Part shown: piece after piece, positions 29,757-39,795 of the stretch
Numbering within the stretch: the first letter of the stretch is position 1
Layout: every line of letters begins with the position of its first letter
From: Burkholderiaceae bacterium
Lineage (GTDB): Bacteria; Pseudomonadota; Gammaproteobacteria; Burkholderiales; Burkholderiaceae_C
Reading direction: 5' to 3'
Assembly (NCBI GenBank): GCA_030653255.1
Contig: JAURZS010000019.1
Location: 1 to 56,286 of the forward strand
Length of the DNA stretch: 56,286 nucleotides
Notes under the pieces: generated by a model
Databases searched by the model: none
The model's input: only the letters and a program-made list of their open reading frames with translations
Told to the model about the DNA's origin: nothing
Program-made: the position numbers and the translations under genes

Positions 29757-30251
29757 TCAGGCCCTGTCGCGTCGACGGTACGTGACGATGCTGAAGCCCA
29801 GCCCGGTCTGTGACACCTGTCGCTCGCGCGATGCCTCGACCCAGTCGGCGCTGAATGGCGGCGCGTAGGCATCGCCCTCGAAGTCCTGTTCGATCTCTGT
29901 GACCACTGCTTCGTGCGCCAGGTGCATGGCCTGCGCGTAGATTTCGGCGCCGCCGGTGACCCACACGGTGGCCTCGGGTGGACACAGGGCAATGGCTTCG
30001 GTCAGCGAGCCGGCGCGCTCCGCGCCGTCGGCCTGCCAGTTGGCCTGGCGGGTGATGACGATGTTGCGGCGCCCCGGGAGCGGGCGAAAGCGCGCAGGCA
30101 GCGAGTCCCAGGTCTTGCGGCCCATGATCACCGGACAACCCAGGGTGCTGCGCTTGAAATGGGCCATGTCTTCGGGCAGGCGCCAGGGCAGTGTGTTGTT
30201 GTTTCCGATGACGCCGTTGGCGGCGCGGGAAAAGATCAGTTTGACGGGCAT
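29757..30251 (-). CDS. folA: dihydrofolate reductase
   Basis: MPVKLIFSRAANGVIGNNNTLPWRLPEDMAHFK...VIMGRKTWDS. Confidence 0.93.
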   Translation of the reverse strand: MPVKLIFSRAANGVIGNNNTLPWRLPEDMAHFKRSTLGCPVIMGRKTWDSLPARFRPLPGRRNIVITRQANWQADGAERAGSLTEAIALCPPEATVWVTGGAEIYAQAMHLAHEAVVTEIEQDFEGDAYAPPFSADWVEASRERQVSQTGLGFSIVTYRRRDRA

Positions 30252-30290
30252 GGGCAGGAGCAGCGTCGCCGCAGGCGGGCGGTTCGGGCG

Positions 30291-31103
30291 CTAGACCGCC
30301 ACCGGCGCCTTGATGGCCCCGTGCGAATGGTAGTCGACAACCTCGAAGTCTTCGTATTCGTAGTCGAAGATGGAGGGGGGCCGGCGTTTGATGTTCAGGG
30401 TCGGGTAGGGGTAGGGCGTGCGCGACAGCTGCAGTTCCACCTGTTCGTGGTGGTTGCTGTAGATGTGGCAGTCGCCGCCGGTCCAGATGAAGTCGCCGAC
30501 GGCCAGATCGCACTGCTGGGCCAGCATGTGGGTCAGCAGCGCGTAGCTGGCGATGTTGAAGGGCACGCCCAGGAAGATGTCAGCGCTGCGCTGGTAAAGC
30601 TGGCAACTGAGCCGGCCTTCTGCCACATAGAACTGGAAGAAGGCGTGGCAGGGCATCAGCGCCATTCTGGACAGGTCGGCAACGTTCCAGGCGCTGACGA
30701 TGATGCGGCGCGAGTCGGGGTTGGTCTTGAGTGTGCGGACCACTTCGGCGATCTGGTCGATATGGCCGCCATCGGGCGTCGGCCAGCTGCGCCATTGCAC
30801 GCCGTAGACCGGGCCGAGGTCGCCATCGGGCTTGGCCCATTCGTCCCAGATCGAGACGCCGCGCGCCTTGAGCCAGTTGTTGTCGCTGGAGCCCTGCAAA
30901 AACCACAGCAGCTCGTGGATGATCGACTTGAGATGGACTTTCTTGGTCGTGACCAGCGGGAAGCCTTCGGTGAGGTCGAAGCGCATCTGGTGGCCGAAGA
31001 CGCTGCGCGTGCCGGTGCCGGTGCGGTCGGTCTTGGGTGTGCCATGCGCATACACATGGCGCATGAAGTCTTCGTACTGGGTTCTGACGGGGCGGGTGGA
31101 CAT
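30291..31103 (-). CDS. thyA: thymidylate synthase
   Basis: DRTGTGT, LWFLQG, active site [10 protein letters not shown], and ends ..APVAV. Confidence 0.96.
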   Translation of the reverse strand: MSTRPVRTQYEDFMRHVYAHGTPKTDRTGTGTRSVFGHQMRFDLTEGFPLVTTKKVHLKSIIHELLWFLQGSSDNNWLKARGVSIWDEWAKPDGDLGPVYGVQWRSWPTPDGGHIDQIAEVVRTLKTNPDSRRIIVSAWNVADLSRMALMPCHAFFQFYVAEGRLSCQLYQRSADIFLGVPFNIASYALLTHMLAQQCDLAVGDFIWTGGDCHIYSNHHEQVELQLSRTPYPYPTLNIKRRPPSIFDYEYEDFEVVDYHSHGAIKAPVAV

Positions 31104-31114
31104 CGTTGTGGATT

Positions 31115-32527
31115 TTAGGGCAGCAGCACCCGGCCCGGGTTCAGGAGATTGCGGGGGTCCAGCGCGCGCTTGATCGAGCGCATCAGCGCCAGGGCCACGG
31201 GCGACTTGTGGTGCTGCATCTTGTCGAGCTTGAGCGTGCCCACACCGTGCTCGGCGGAAATCGAGCCCGCGAAGCGCGCCACGCTGTCGTACACCACGGT
31301 GTTGACTTCGCCCTCGCGTTCGGCCAGGAAGACCTTGGGGTCCATGCCCAATGGCGCCTGCACGTTGTAGTGCAGATTGCCGTCACCAAGATGGCCGAAG
31401 TTGACCATGCGGATGCCGGGGATGGCGGCGGCCAGCAGGGCGTCGGTTTCCTGCACGAACTGCGGAATGCGCGACACCGGGATGGAGATGTCGTGCTTGA
31501 TGTTCAGGCCCTCCTCGACCTGGGCCAGGGGGATGCTTTCGCGCACGTGCCAGAGCTGCCGGGCCTGTGCGAGGTTCTCGGCGACGATGGCGTCGCTTGC
31601 CAGGCCCTGAACCATGGCAGCTTCAAGCAGGGCTTCGAAGCGCGCGCGGGCATGCGCTTCGGATTCGTCGTCGGAGTTTTCCAGCAGCACGCAGTAGGGA
31701 GCGTCCTGGTACAGCGGCACGCGCAACTGCGGCAAGTGCCGCGCGACCAGGCTCAGGGCGAACTGCCCCATGAGCTCGAAGCCGGTGAGTCCCGCGCCCA
31801 GCTGGCGCTGGGCCAGGCCGAGCAGGCGCACAGCGTGTTCGACCGAGGGCACGGTCGCCCAGGCAGTCAGCTGCGCGGCGGGCAGGGGGTGGAGCTTCAG
31901 CGTGGCAGCGGTGATCACGCCCAGTGTGCCTTCGCTGCCGATGAACAGGTCGCGCAGGTCGTAGCCGGTGTTGTCCTTGCGCAGGCCGCTCAGGCCATCC
32001 CAGATCTCGCCCTGCGCGGTGACCACCTCCAGGCCCAGGCAGAGCTCGCGTGCGTTGCCGTAGCGCAGCACCTGCGTGCCGCCCGCGTTGGTGGACAGGT
32101 TGCCGCCGATGGTGCAGCTCCCCTCGGCAGCAAGGCTCAGAGGGAACAGAAAGCCGGCCGCGGCGGCGGTTTCCTGCAGCTGCTGCAGGATATAGCCGGC
32201 CTCGACCGTGACGGTGAGGTTGGCGGCGTCGAGTTCGCGCAGCGCAGTCATGCGCCGCAGGCTTAGCAGCACCTGGCGGCCGGACGCGTCGGGCGTGGAG
32301 CCACCCACCAGGCCGGTGTTGCCGCCTTGCGGCACGATGCTGACGCCGGTATCGGCACAGGCCCGAAGAACGGCTGCGACTTCGGCGGTGCTGTCCGGGC
32401 GGACCACGGCCAGCGCACGTCCCGGCTGGCGCCGGCGCCAGTCCAGTTCCCAGGCGCTGAGGTCGCCCTCGGTGAGCACATGGGCTGCACCCACGATGCT
32501 GCGCAGGCGGTCGATGAGTCCGTTCAT
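31115..32527 (-). CDS. FAD-binding oxidoreductase (GlcD / D-2-hydroxyacid dehydrogenase family)
   Basis: [13 protein letters not shown]..., [15 protein letters not shown]-binding motif, and C-terminal SAEHGVG...[12 protein letters not shown] 32527 lies inside the long 31115..33217 ORF. Confidence 0.85.
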   Translation of the reverse strand: MNGLIDRLRSIVGAAHVLTEGDLSAWELDWRRRQPGRALAVVRPDSTAEVAAVLRACADTGVSIVPQGGNTGLVGGSTPDASGRQVLLSLRRMTALRELDAANLTVTVEAGYILQQLQETAAAAGFLFPLSLAAEGSCTIGGNLSTNAGGTQVLRYGNARELCLGLEVVTAQGEIWDGLSGLRKDNTGYDLRDLFIGSEGTLGVITAATLKLHPLPAAQLTAWATVPSVEHAVRLLGLAQRQLGAGLTGFELMGQFALSLVARHLPQLRVPLYQDAPYCVLLENSDDESEAHARARFEALLEAAMVQGLASDAIVAENLAQARQLWHVRESIPLAQVEEGLNIKHDISIPVSRIPQFVQETDALLAAAIPGIRMVNFGHLGDGNLHYNVQAPLGMDPKVFLAEREGEVNTVVYDSVARFAGSISAEHGVGTLKLDKMQHHKSPVALALMRSIKRALDPRNLLNPGRVLLP

Positions 32528-32895
32528 GAGACCGATTTTCTCAGACGCAGACGAACGTGCAGCGCGCAGGCCGTGAACAGGCTCAGGCACAGCAGTATCT
32601 GCACCCCGGCCAGCCAGTTGCCCGGCGCGCGGTCGCCCCAGGCCCGCACGACGCCTTCGGTGAAGTACAGCCAGACCAGCAGACTCACCCAGCGGTAGGT
32701 GTACATACGGTTTTTCAGCAGGCCGGCCAGAGGGATGCACAGGGGCAGCACCTTGAGCGCCAGCCACGAGCCGCCGGGTCGCAGCGGCGCGAGCGCCAGC
32801 TCCCAGGCCAGGCCCAGGACGATAAGGCCCAGCAGGCTGCCCACAGCGAGCCAGCGTGTGGCCTGGACGGAAGAGGATGCAGGAGTCGGGCGCAT
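32524..32895 (-). CDS. DUF2069-like small membrane protein
   Basis: Four hydrophobic segments. Its stop overlaps the downstream oxidase ATG (ATGA). The start chosen is MRPTPASS; the upstream extension is unlikely. Confidence 0.55.
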   Translation of the reverse strand: MRPTPASSSVQATRWLAVGSLLGLIVLGLAWELALAPLRPGGSWLALKVLPLCIPLAGLLKNRMYTYRWVSLLVWLYFTEGVVRAWGDRAPGNWLAGVQILLCLSLFTACALHVRLRLRKSVS

Positions 32896-32969
32896 GGGCG
32901 TGTAGGGCAAGAGACGAAACTGTGGAGCAGGGCCCGCCCGGGAGCGGTCCTGATGGCATGATAGCGGCC

Positions 32970-34172
32970 ATGAACCTGCAGCGAATGGTCGAGAGCTTTT
33001 CAGCGTTTCCATGGCGCACCACCGTCACGGTGTTGCGCGAGCGTTTTCGCGAAGACCATCTGGGCCTGACCGCCAGCAGCCTGACCTTCACGACCTCGAT
33101 TGCGCTGGTGCCCTTCATCACGGTGGCCCTGGCCCTGTTCACGGCCTTTCCCATGTTCGCGCAGTTGCAGGCGACCCTGCAGAACTGGCTGGTCACGAGC
33201 CTGGTGCCCGACAACATTGCGCGCCAGGTGTTGGGCTACCTCACGCAGTTCGCGGGCAAGGCCAACAAGCTGGGCGCCGTCGGCTTCGGCGCGCTGCTGG
33301 TAACGGCCATTGCGCTGATCCTGACCATCGACCGCACCCTCAATGCCATCTGGCGGGTGCGCCGGCCCCGGCCGTTGGCGCAGCGGGTGCTGATCTACTG
33401 GGCGGCGATCACTCTGGGGCCCTTGCTGCTGGGCGTCAGCCTGGCCCTGACTTCGTATGTAATTTCGGCCTCGCGCGGAATCGTCGGCAGTCTGCCCGGC
33501 GGACTGCGCTTCGTGCTGGACTTGCTGGAGTACGTGCTGCTGGCCGGTGGCTTGGCAAGCCTGTACCACTATGTGCCCAACACCTTTGTCAAGTGGTCCC
33601 ATGCCTGGATCGGCGGCGTGTTCGCGGCAGCAGGTATCGAAATTGCCAAGAAGCTGCTGACCATCTACATCGGCCTGGTGCCGACGTACTCGGTGGTGTA
33701 CGGCGCATTCGCCACCTTGCCGATCCTGCTGATCTGGATCTATGTCGCCTGGATCATCGTGCTGCTTGGGGCGGTGGTGTCGGCCTATCTGCCCAGTCTG
33801 TTGAGCGGTGTGGCCCGTCGCGCGGGCGGACAGGGCTGGCAGTTCCAGCTTGCGGTGGAGGTGCTCCAGCATCTCAGTCAGGCGCGCGGCACAGACACCC
33901 GGGGTCTGAGCGCCTCACGCATGGCGCACGCCCTGCAGTTGGATGTCTTGCAACTGGAGCCGGTGCTCGATGCGCTGACGACGCTCGACTGGGTGGGTCG
34001 GATCGAGCCGACTGAAGCGCGGGACGAGGCCCGCTTTGTCCTCTTGACCCAGCCCGAGGACACGCCCTTGCAACCACTGATGGAGCGGCTGCTGCTGAAC
34101 CACTCGCAGACGCTGGACGGAATATGGCGTACGCCGGCCTGGGCAGGCCTGCGGCTCAAGGACGTTCTCTAG
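32970..34172 (+). CDS. YihY/BrkB (ribonuclease BN-like) family membrane protein
   Basis: FREDHLGLTASSLTFTTSIALVPF, ...YWAAITLGPLLL and YHYVPN motifs typical of the YihY family. Confidence 0.85.
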   Translation: MNLQRMVESFSAFPWRTTVTVLRERFREDHLGLTASSLTFTTSIALVPFITVALALFTAFPMFAQLQATLQNWLVTSLVPDNIARQVLGYLTQFAGKANKLGAVGFGALLVTAIALILTIDRTLNAIWRVRRPRPLAQRVLIYWAAITLGPLLLGVSLALTSYVISASRGIVGSLPGGLRFVLDLLEYVLLAGGLASLYHYVPNTFVKWSHAWIGGVFAAAGIEIAKKLLTIYIGLVPTYSVVYGAFATLPILLIWIYVAWIIVLLGAVVSAYLPSLLSGVARRAGGQGWQFQLAVEVLQHLSQARGTDTRGLSASRMAHALQLDVLQLEPVLDALTTLDWVGRIEPTEARDEARFVLLTQPEDTPLQPLMERLLLNHSQTLDGIWRTPAWAGLRLKDVL

Positions 34173-34197
34173 GGACTCGCCGCTGTCAGGGGGCAGT

Positions 34198-34419
34198 CTA
34201 GCTGCGCCAGCGCTTATAGGCCGTCAGGGCTGTCGTCACCAGAGCCAGAGCGCTTAGCCAGGGACGCCCGACGACGAACCTGCCCACCGCCAACCCGATG
34301 GCGGCCTGAGCGAATTGCCGGCGCAATGCTGTCGCCGATTGCCCCAGAGCATGACGGGTTTCCAGAGTCTCGAGGGTCACGGCGGCTCGCCTGAGCGCGA
34401 TGTCATGCAGGCGGCTCAT
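34198..34419 (-). CDS. YqjK-like small protein
   Basis: 73-aa ORF overlapping the upstream gene by 4 nt. Third gene of a yqjD-yqjE-yqjK-type arrangement. Confidence 0.55.
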   Translation of the reverse strand: MSRLHDIALRRAAVTLETLETRHALGQSATALRRQFAQAAIGLAVGRFVVGRPWLSALALVTTALTAYKRWRS

Positions 34420-34781
34420 GGCTTTTGCTCCAGATGTGCGGCGTCGCGCTCCAACTCCGCCAGAGTGCCTGCCATGAAGGGCGGCTTGGCGCGCAAGGCG
34501 AGCTGCAGCTTGCGTGCCATCACGATGGTTGCCAGCGCGAAGAAGCCGGCGATGCCCGCCAGGGCCGCGATTCGGGCGCTGTCCCAGAAATACACGGCCA
34601 CCAGCGCGGCGATGGCGGCCAGCGCCAGCGTGGCCATCAGCACGGTGGCGACGGCGCCCACCAGCAGGCCGCCCAGGCGCAGAATTTCTTCTTCCAGATC
34701 GAGCGTGGCCAGTTCGATGCGCTGGCGTGCCAGCCGCACCGTGTTGGCGCCCAGTTCGGACAGGATCTGACCGAGCGCCAT
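34416..34781 (-). CDS. YqjE-like (DUF1469 / phage-holin-family) membrane protein
   Basis: Two central TM helices; follows the DUF883 gene immediately (stop/start adjacent). Confidence 0.65.
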   Translation of the reverse strand: MALGQILSELGANTVRLARQRIELATLDLEEEILRLGGLLVGAVATVLMATLALAAIAALVAVYFWDSARIAALAGIAGFFALATIVMARKLQLALRAKPPFMAGTLAELERDAAHLEQKP

Positions 34782-35105
34782 TTAGCGACGGCCGATCAAC
34801 AGGCCCACCAGCAGGCCGACGGCTGCGCCGACGCCGATGGATTCCCAGGGGTGGCGGTGCACATAACGATCGGCTGCACGCCCGGCTTCGTACACGCCGT
34901 CGATCACAGCCTGTTCGGCGGACGCCAGTTCGGCCTTGGCGCTGTTGAGCGAGTCCTCGAGGCGGCTGCGGGCCTCGCTGTAGCCTTGGCCAGCCTCCTT
35001 GACTGCATGGCTGAGTAATTCTTCGGCATCGCGCACGATGGTCTTGAGGTCCTTGGCCAGACGAGCCTGGCTTTCGTGCAGGTCACGGGACGTGGTATCT
35101 TTCAT
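34782..35105 (-). CDS. DUF883 (ElaB/YqjD/YgaM) ribosome-associated stress protein
   Basis: MKDTTSRDLHESQARLAKDLKTIVRDAEELL... with C-terminal membrane anchor PWESIGVGAAVGLLVGLLIGRR. AGGAG lies 5 nt upstream of ATG 35105. Confidence 0.85.
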   Translation of the reverse strand: MKDTTSRDLHESQARLAKDLKTIVRDAEELLSHAVKEAGQGYSEARSRLEDSLNSAKAELASAEQAVIDGVYEAGRAADRYVHRHPWESIGVGAAVGLLVGLLIGRR

Positions 35106-35228
35106 GGGTACTCCTGAATGCAAAAGGCGGTGGGTTGCGGCGACCGGAATCGATCAACGTGACACCCTGGCAGTATGAGGCAAATGCTTTGACTGTGCGA
35201 GCGGGATGAGTATTGCAAGGCTTTTGCC

Positions 35229-35242
35229 TTGACCAGGATCAA
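35229..35242. promoter_or_regulatory. FNR/Anr box (TTGACCAGGATCAA)
   Basis: 9/10 match to TTGAT-N4-ATCAA, in the divergent region between the yqjD-like operon (ATG 35105) and the lipoprotein gene (ATG 35281). Confidence 0.65.
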
Positions 35243-35280
35243 TGAGGCGGCTGCCCCGCTGCGGAGCAACAAAGTAAGGC

Positions 35281-35853
35281 ATGAAGAATTCGACCATCGC
35301 AGCTTTCCTGTTCCTCGCAACCCTGACGGGTTGCTCGACAATGCTGCCGTCGGGGAGCACCGACACACCCTCGACCTTCGCCAGTTTCGATGCGGCGCGT
35401 GAGGCGGCAGAAAAAATCGTTCCCTTCAAGACCCGAACTTCCGAACTCGCGGCCCTGGGCTTCGACCCCCTGGGCGGCCGCAACGTGACGCTGATTCCTT
35501 ATCCCGAGATCACGGGCCGGCTGGCGCCGTACCCCGGTTTGCCCCTGAAGGACCTGGACCCCGGCGTGCGCAAGTGCATCGAAGCGCAGGCCAGCTGCAA
35601 GGGCTTCGTTTTTCATTTTGAACGGCAGGACCGGCGCCGCGAAGGAAACTTCTGGGGTGATTTCTTCAACATTCGCCGCGTCACCACGGTGACTGGCTGG
35701 TGGTTCGACGCGCTGGTGGTAGAGAGCAACGGTGTGGTGCTGTTTCGCAGTGTGGGCGGTCAGCCGCGTACCGACCGGGTCGAAAAGCGCATCAATCCGC
35801 TGGGCCCGCTTCAGCCTGCGGGCGAGTCTGCAGGCAGTGTGATGCTGCGTTAG
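35281..35853 (+). CDS. hypothetical lipoprotein
   Basis: Lipobox MKNSTIAAFLFLATLTGC. No family recognised. Confidence 0.7.
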   Translation: MKNSTIAAFLFLATLTGCSTMLPSGSTDTPSTFASFDAAREAAEKIVPFKTRTSELAALGFDPLGGRNVTLIPYPEITGRLAPYPGLPLKDLDPGVRKCIEAQASCKGFVFHFERQDRRREGNFWGDFFNIRRVTTVTGWWFDALVVESNGVVLFRSVGGQPRTDRVEKRINPLGPLQPAGESAGSVMLR

Positions 35854-36013
35854 GCAGGCAGATGTACCCAGGGCCCGGCGGTTGTCGGGCCGGCGCCTAG
35901 GACGATTCCTAGGTCGCATCATCCCGTCGGCAGCACGTTTTCAGGAATGCGCCTAGCCATTCTTTCAGTTGTCGCCGATGTTGCCGGGGGCGAGGCACCG
36001 GCACAGTAGAGGC

Positions 36014-36442
36014 ATGCAGCAAAGCACAGCCAACGTACAAGTTTTCATTGCCGACGACTCGGCCGCCATCCGGGCTCGCGTGGCTGACATGCTCGATGCC
36101 TCGGACATGATGGTCGTGGGCCAGGCCGAAACACCCCAAGGCTGTATCGAGGGCATTCTGGCGACGCGTCCTGGCGTGGTTGTGCTGGACGTGCAGCTCG
36201 AAGGCGGGTCGGGCTTGGACGTTCTCAAGGCTGTCAGGCTGGCAGCGCCCGAGGTTGCATTTGTTGTCTTCAGTAACAACTCTGCACCGGCCTACCGCAA
36301 GCGATATATCGCCGCCGGGGCGGCCAGCTTTCTTGACAAACACACCGAATTCGACCGCCTTGCGCAGGCTGTGGGCGCGGCAGCGCCTCAGGCAGGGGGT
36401 CTCACCGTTCCGGAGCATCGCCATGTCCATCGCAGCATCTGA
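36014..36442 (+). CDS. stand-alone receiver-domain response regulator (CheY-like)
   Basis: VFIADDSAAIRARV...VVLDVQLEGGSGLDVLK...VFSNN...FLDK receiver signature with no output domain. Confidence 0.8.
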   Translation: MQQSTANVQVFIADDSAAIRARVADMLDASDMMVVGQAETPQGCIEGILATRPGVVVLDVQLEGGSGLDVLKAVRLAAPEVAFVVFSNNSAPAYRKRYIAAGAASFLDKHTEFDRLAQAVGAAAPQAGGLTVPEHRHVHRSI

Positions 36443-37199
36443 ATCCCCACTGGCTTTCATGCCTTCCATCTACGCGCGCCAGGCCGCCCCTCCAGTGCTC
36501 AAGACGCAGTGTTCGAGTTGCCATCTCAAGGACTTGTGCCTGCCGTTGGGCATGACGGGGAAGGAACTGCAGCACCTGGACGGGCTGGTGTTCAGCCGGC
36601 GCAGGGTCAAGGCGGGCGAGGCGCTGTACGGCGAGGGCGACCGCTTTCAGTTCATTTATGCGGTGCGCAGCGGCACATTCAAATCGGGCCTGGCTCTGCG
36701 TGACGGCCGCGATCAGGTGACCGGCTTTCACATTGCCGGCGAGCTGATGGGGCTCGATGGCATCGCCCAGGGCACGCATGCCAGCGCCGCCACGGCGCTG
36801 GAAGATGGCGAGGTCTGCGCCATTCCCTATGCGCATCTGAGCGAACTGTCCAGCGTGAACATCAACATCCAGCAGGCCGTCAGCCGCCTGATGAGTCGCG
36901 AGATCGTGCGCGAACACAGCCTCATGATGCTGCTGGGCAGCATGAACGCGGAAGAGCGGTTAGCGGCATTTTTGCTGAATCTGTCGCAGCGGCTCAAGGC
37001 GCGGGGCTATTCAGCCACGGAATTTCATCTGCGCATGTCGCGCGCCGAGATCGGAAGCTATCTGGGCATGAAGCTGGAGACGGTGAGCCGCACCTTTTCA
37101 GCTTTCCAGTCGCAGCGCCTGCTGGATGTGGACAAGCGCCACATCCGCATTCTCGACCTGGCCGGCCTGACCAGGATCTTCGATACGCGACTGCATTGA
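36423..37199 (+). CDS. fnr: FNR/Anr-type CRP-family oxygen-responsive transcription regulator
   Basis: N-terminal Cys cluster CSSCHLKDLC (C-x2-C-x5-C) plus an internal Cys (GEVCAIPY), cNMP-like domain, and C-terminal HTH RAEIGSYLGMKLETVSRTFS with the FNR-type E--SR recognition helix. GGAG lies 9 nt upstream of ATG 36423; ATG 36459 is an alternative. Confidence 0.9.
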   Translation: MSIAASESPLAFMPSIYARQAAPPVLKTQCSSCHLKDLCLPLGMTGKELQHLDGLVFSRRRVKAGEALYGEGDRFQFIYAVRSGTFKSGLALRDGRDQVTGFHIAGELMGLDGIAQGTHASAATALEDGEVCAIPYAHLSELSSVNINIQQAVSRLMSREIVREHSLMMLLGSMNAEERLAAFLLNLSQRLKARGYSATEFHLRMSRAEIGSYLGMKLETVSRTFSAFQSQRLLDVDKRHIRILDLAGLTRIFDTRLH

Positions 37200-37314
37200 T
37201 GCCCCTGCGCGCAGCGTGGCCTTGAACGGCCCGCGTTTCTCGCTGATGGTCTGTGCGTGTGTTGACTGCCATTGTGGGCTATATTCAAACGCGCAAGGGC
37301 AACAGGAGACCATC

Positions 37315-37767
37315 ATGAAAGTCAGCGACATCCTCCGCGTGAAGGGCAACACCCTGTACACCGCCGGGCCGGACGAACCCCTGGCCCGTGCCATTGAGCT
37401 CATGGCTGAAAAGGACATCGGCTCCCTGGTGGTCATGGAGCACGGCGACCTGATCGGCATGCTGACCTTCCGCGAAGTCATCCTGTGCCTGGTGAAGAAC
37501 GGCGGCGCTGTCGGCGGCATGCTGGTGCGAACGGCGATGGACGACCATCCCCTGACCTGCACTTCCGAGACCGAACTCGACGAAGTCCGGCGCATGATGC
37601 TGGACCGCCATGCCCGCTACATGCCGGTGATGAATCAGCGCATGCTCATGGGCGTGATCAGCTTCTACGACGTCGCCAAGGCGGTCGTGGACAGCCAGAA
37701 CTTCGAGAACCGCATGCTCAAGGCGTACATCCGCGACTGGCCCGAAGAAGGCGCGCCGGCGGCCTGA
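37315..37767 (+). CDS. CBS-domain pair protein
   Basis: MKVSDILRVKG...MAEKDIGSLVVMEHGDLIGMLTFREV plus a second CBS repeat (RYMPVMNQRMLMGVISFYDV). AGGAGA upstream. Confidence 0.85.
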   Translation: MKVSDILRVKGNTLYTAGPDEPLARAIELMAEKDIGSLVVMEHGDLIGMLTFREVILCLVKNGGAVGGMLVRTAMDDHPLTCTSETELDEVRRMMLDRHARYMPVMNQRMLMGVISFYDVAKAVVDSQNFENRMLKAYIRDWPEEGAPAA

Positions 37768-37782
37768 GAAACCACGCGCGGG

Positions 37783-39000
37783 TCATTCCGCGCTGTGGAT
37801 CACGTCGCGCACGCGCGGGTAGATCTGCTGGGCCCATTTGCGGCCGCTGAACACACCGTAGTGGCCCACGCCCACCTGCACATGGTGGGATTTCATGTAC
37901 GGGCGAATGCCGGTGCACAGGTCCTGGGCCGCCACGGTCTGCCCGACCGAGCAGATATCGTCGCGCTCACCTTCCACCGTCAGCAGTGCCGTGCGCCGGA
38001 TTGCGGCCGGGTTGACGATGCGTCCCTTGTAGCTGAGCTTGCCGCGCGGCAGGTCATAGGTCTGGAACACCTTGCGCACGGTCTCGAGGTAGAACTCGGC
38101 CGGCAGGTCGTTGACGGCCAGGTATTCCTCGTAGAACACCCGGATCATCTCGGCCTTGTCGACCTCTCCATCAACCAGGTGGCGGTACATGTCCCGGAAT
38201 GACTTCTTGTGGCGCTCCAGGTTCATGCTGAGGAACGCGCTGAGCTGAACGAAGCCGGGATAGACCCGGCGCATGAAGCCGGCATGCGGCAGCGGCACAT
38301 GGCAGATCAGATTTTTCTCGAACCATTCGATCGGCCGGCTGGTGGCCAGCGTGTTGACGCCGCTCGGGTTGACGCGGCAGTCCACGGGGCCGGCCATCAG
38401 GGTCAGGCTGCGCGGCTGGGCCGCATGTTCGTCTTCGGCCATGATGGCCGTTGCCGCCAGCGCCGCCACGCAGGGCTGGCACACGGCCACTACATGCGCG
38501 CCGGGCCCCATGACCTCCAGGAAACGGATCAGGTACTCGACATAGTCGTCCAGACCGAAGGCCCCATGGCGCAGGTGCACATCGCGCGCGTTGTGCCAGT
38601 CGGTGATGTAGACGTCGTGGTCCTGCAGCAGCGTGCGGGCGGTTTCGCGCAGCAGGGTCGAGAAGTGCCCCGACAACGGCGCGACCAGCAGCACGCGCGG
38701 CTGCGGCGGGGTGTTGCGCGGCAAGGTCTTGGCGAAGCGCAACAGCGTGCCGAAGGGCAGCGCGAGGGGGCGCTCTTCCGTGACGGGCACCGCGCGCTCA
38801 TTCATGGGGATGCTGTCGATGGCATAGGCCGGGCGCGAGTGCGTCAGGCGCAGGCGGGAGAACACGTCGAGCGCGGCCGACACCCTGCGCAGCGGCAGGC
38901 CCTCCGTGCGGCTGAGCCAGAACGCGGCGCTGGCCTGCTGCGCCAGCATGCGCAGGGCGGACATCATGTCGGACTGGGTCTGGTAGGCCTGATAAAGCAT
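37783..39000 (-). CDS. phaZ: intracellular polyhydroxyalkanoate (PHB) depolymerase
   Basis: MLYQAYQTQSDMMSALRM... N-terminus, CQPCV nucleophile-region motif and length (405 aa) match PhaZ1-type intracellular depolymerases. Confidence 0.85.
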   Translation of the reverse strand: MLYQAYQTQSDMMSALRMLAQQASAAFWLSRTEGLPLRRVSAALDVFSRLRLTHSRPAYAIDSIPMNERAVPVTEERPLALPFGTLLRFAKTLPRNTPPQPRVLLVAPLSGHFSTLLRETARTLLQDHDVYITDWHNARDVHLRHGAFGLDDYVEYLIRFLEVMGPGAHVVAVCQPCVAALAATAIMAEDEHAAQPRSLTLMAGPVDCRVNPSGVNTLATSRPIEWFEKNLICHVPLPHAGFMRRVYPGFVQLSAFLSMNLERHKKSFRDMYRHLVDGEVDKAEMIRVFYEEYLAVNDLPAEFYLETVRKVFQTYDLPRGKLSYKGRIVNPAAIRRTALLTVEGERDDICSVGQTVAAQDLCTGIRPYMKSHHVQVGVGHYGVFSGRKWAQQIYPRVRDVIHSAE

Positions 39001-39138
39001 GGGAGTCCCGGTTTGGATTCAGAGGAGTACAAGTCCCGACAGCCTGGTGAGGCAAGTTGTGGGCCAGGGCCGGCAGGCACTGTCATGGCACAGCCCTTGC
39101 AAAGCCTGCTGCTGGATCACCCAGCAAGGAGCATTTCC

Positions 39139-39795
39139 ATGGCCAAGGCCGTCCTCACCATCAGCAGCAAGAACTACGGTGCCTGGGCGCTGCGCGGCTG
39201 GCTCATGGCCCGGTTGGCCGGACTGGACTTCACCGAAAAGGTGATTCCACCCGACGACCCGGCCATGAAGGCCGAGATGCTTTTGCTGTCTTCCTCGATG
39301 CTCGTGCCTTCGCTGCAGCACAACGGCATCAAGGTCTGGGACACGCTGGCCATCGGCGAGTATCTCAACGAGATCCGGCCGGAGGCCTGGCTGCTGCCCG
39401 CCGATGCCAAGGCCCGCGCCCACTGCCGCGCCATCTGCGGCGAAATGCATTCCGGCTTCGGGTCCCTGCGCGGTGCGCTGCCGATGAACCTCAAGGCCCA
39501 CTATCCAGGCTTCAAGGTCTGGTCGCGCGCGCAGGCCGATATCGATCGGGTGGTGGAGATCTGGAAAGAGTGCCTCGTCGGCTATGGTGGCCCCTATCTC
39601 TTCGGCAAGAAGCCCTGCATGGCCGATGCGATGTACGCCCCCGTGGTGACGCGCTTCCTGACCTACGACGTTGCGCTGGACAAGGTCTGCGCCGCCTATT
39701 GCAAGCGCATCATGGAGTTGCCCGCCATGAAGGAATGGCTGAGCGCGGCCCGCCAGGAGCCCGACGAGATCGACGAGCTCGACGCGGAGTTTTAG
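39139..39795 (+). CDS. glutathione S-transferase family protein
   Basis: MAKAVLTISSKNYGAWALRGWL...VPSLQHNGIKVWDTLAIGEYL thioredoxin-like N-domain (YfcF/maleylacetoacetate-isomerase-like). Confidence 0.8.
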   Translation: MAKAVLTISSKNYGAWALRGWLMARLAGLDFTEKVIPPDDPAMKAEMLLLSSSMLVPSLQHNGIKVWDTLAIGEYLNEIRPEAWLLPADAKARAHCRAICGEMHSGFGSLRGALPMNLKAHYPGFKVWSRAQADIDRVVEIWKECLVGYGGPYLFGKKPCMADAMYAPVVTRFLTYDVALDKVCAAYCKRIMELPAMKEWLSAARQEPDEIDELDAEF

